Shown here piece after piece: positions 15,883 to 15,903 of a DNA stretch of 15,903 nt. The notes beneath the pieces were generated by a model. It did not search any database and was not told the origin of the DNA. It worked only from the letters and a program-made list of their open reading frames with translations. Where the stretch lies: positions 1 through 15,903 of the forward strand of contig NZ_MPKA01000094.1 in assembly GCF_001945605.1 (NCBI RefSeq). Direction: 5' to 3'. Position 1 is the first letter of the stretch. Every line of letters starts with the position of its first letter. Position numbers and translations under genes: made by a program. Source of the stretch: Dubosiella newyorkensis (GTDB taxonomy: Bacteria; Bacillota_I; Bacilli_A; Erysipelotrichales; Erysipelotrichaceae).

Positions 15883-15903
15883 ATTGTCAAATCATTGGTC
15901 ATT

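Noticed and set aside
1-15903. Search for CRISPR arrays, rRNA/tRNA genes, riboswitch-like leaders, an ops/JUMPstart (GGCGGTAG) element, and defence or toxin-antitoxin modules.
   Set aside because: No regularly spaced repeats, no convincing cloverleaf, no GGCGGTAG motif and no ORFs with such signatures were seen. The window appears to be an ordinary polysaccharide locus, possibly of a new serotype.

Overview
This low-GC (Bacillota-like) window is dominated by one minus-strand, Wzx/Wzy-dependent heteropolysaccharide locus of the capsule/EPS/O-antigen type. Transcription runs right to left: UDP-glucose 6-dehydrogenase (ugd), an extended-SDR sugar epimerase, and a split Alg14-like/Alg13-like (pneumococcal Cps14F/Cps14G-type) glycosyltransferase pair. 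Next come a hexapeptide-repeat O-acetyltransferase, a GT2, a GT4, a 534-bp non-coding spacer, a Wzy-family polymerase, a second GT4 and a Wzx flippase. A 1.84-kb ORF-free gap follows, then GDP-mannose pyrophosphorylase (manC), a phosphohexomutase and an intrinsic terminator. The left edge holds the 3' end of an oppositely oriented IS66-family element: the transposase C-terminus, a hairpin and a terminal inverted repeat ending ...CGCTTAC at 366. Hand counts of sample 60-nt lines show two compositional classes. The ugd, manC and mutase genes run at about 37-50% GC, while the 9-kb cassette from the epimerase to wzx runs at about 15-25%. That pattern is typical of an exchangeable serotype cassette between conserved nucleotide-sugar genes. 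Absent from the window are an initiating phosphoglycosyl transferase, a chain-length regulator/tyrosine kinase, an LCP ligase, any tRNA/rRNA and any CRISPR array. I see no defence, toxin or otherwise new system. The features worth a second look are the two non-coding gaps with core-like GC, the split glycosyltransferase, an N/Y-rich insertion in Ugd and an orphan plus-strand terminator upstream of ugd. All family assignments come from reading motifs in the translations; no database search was possible.
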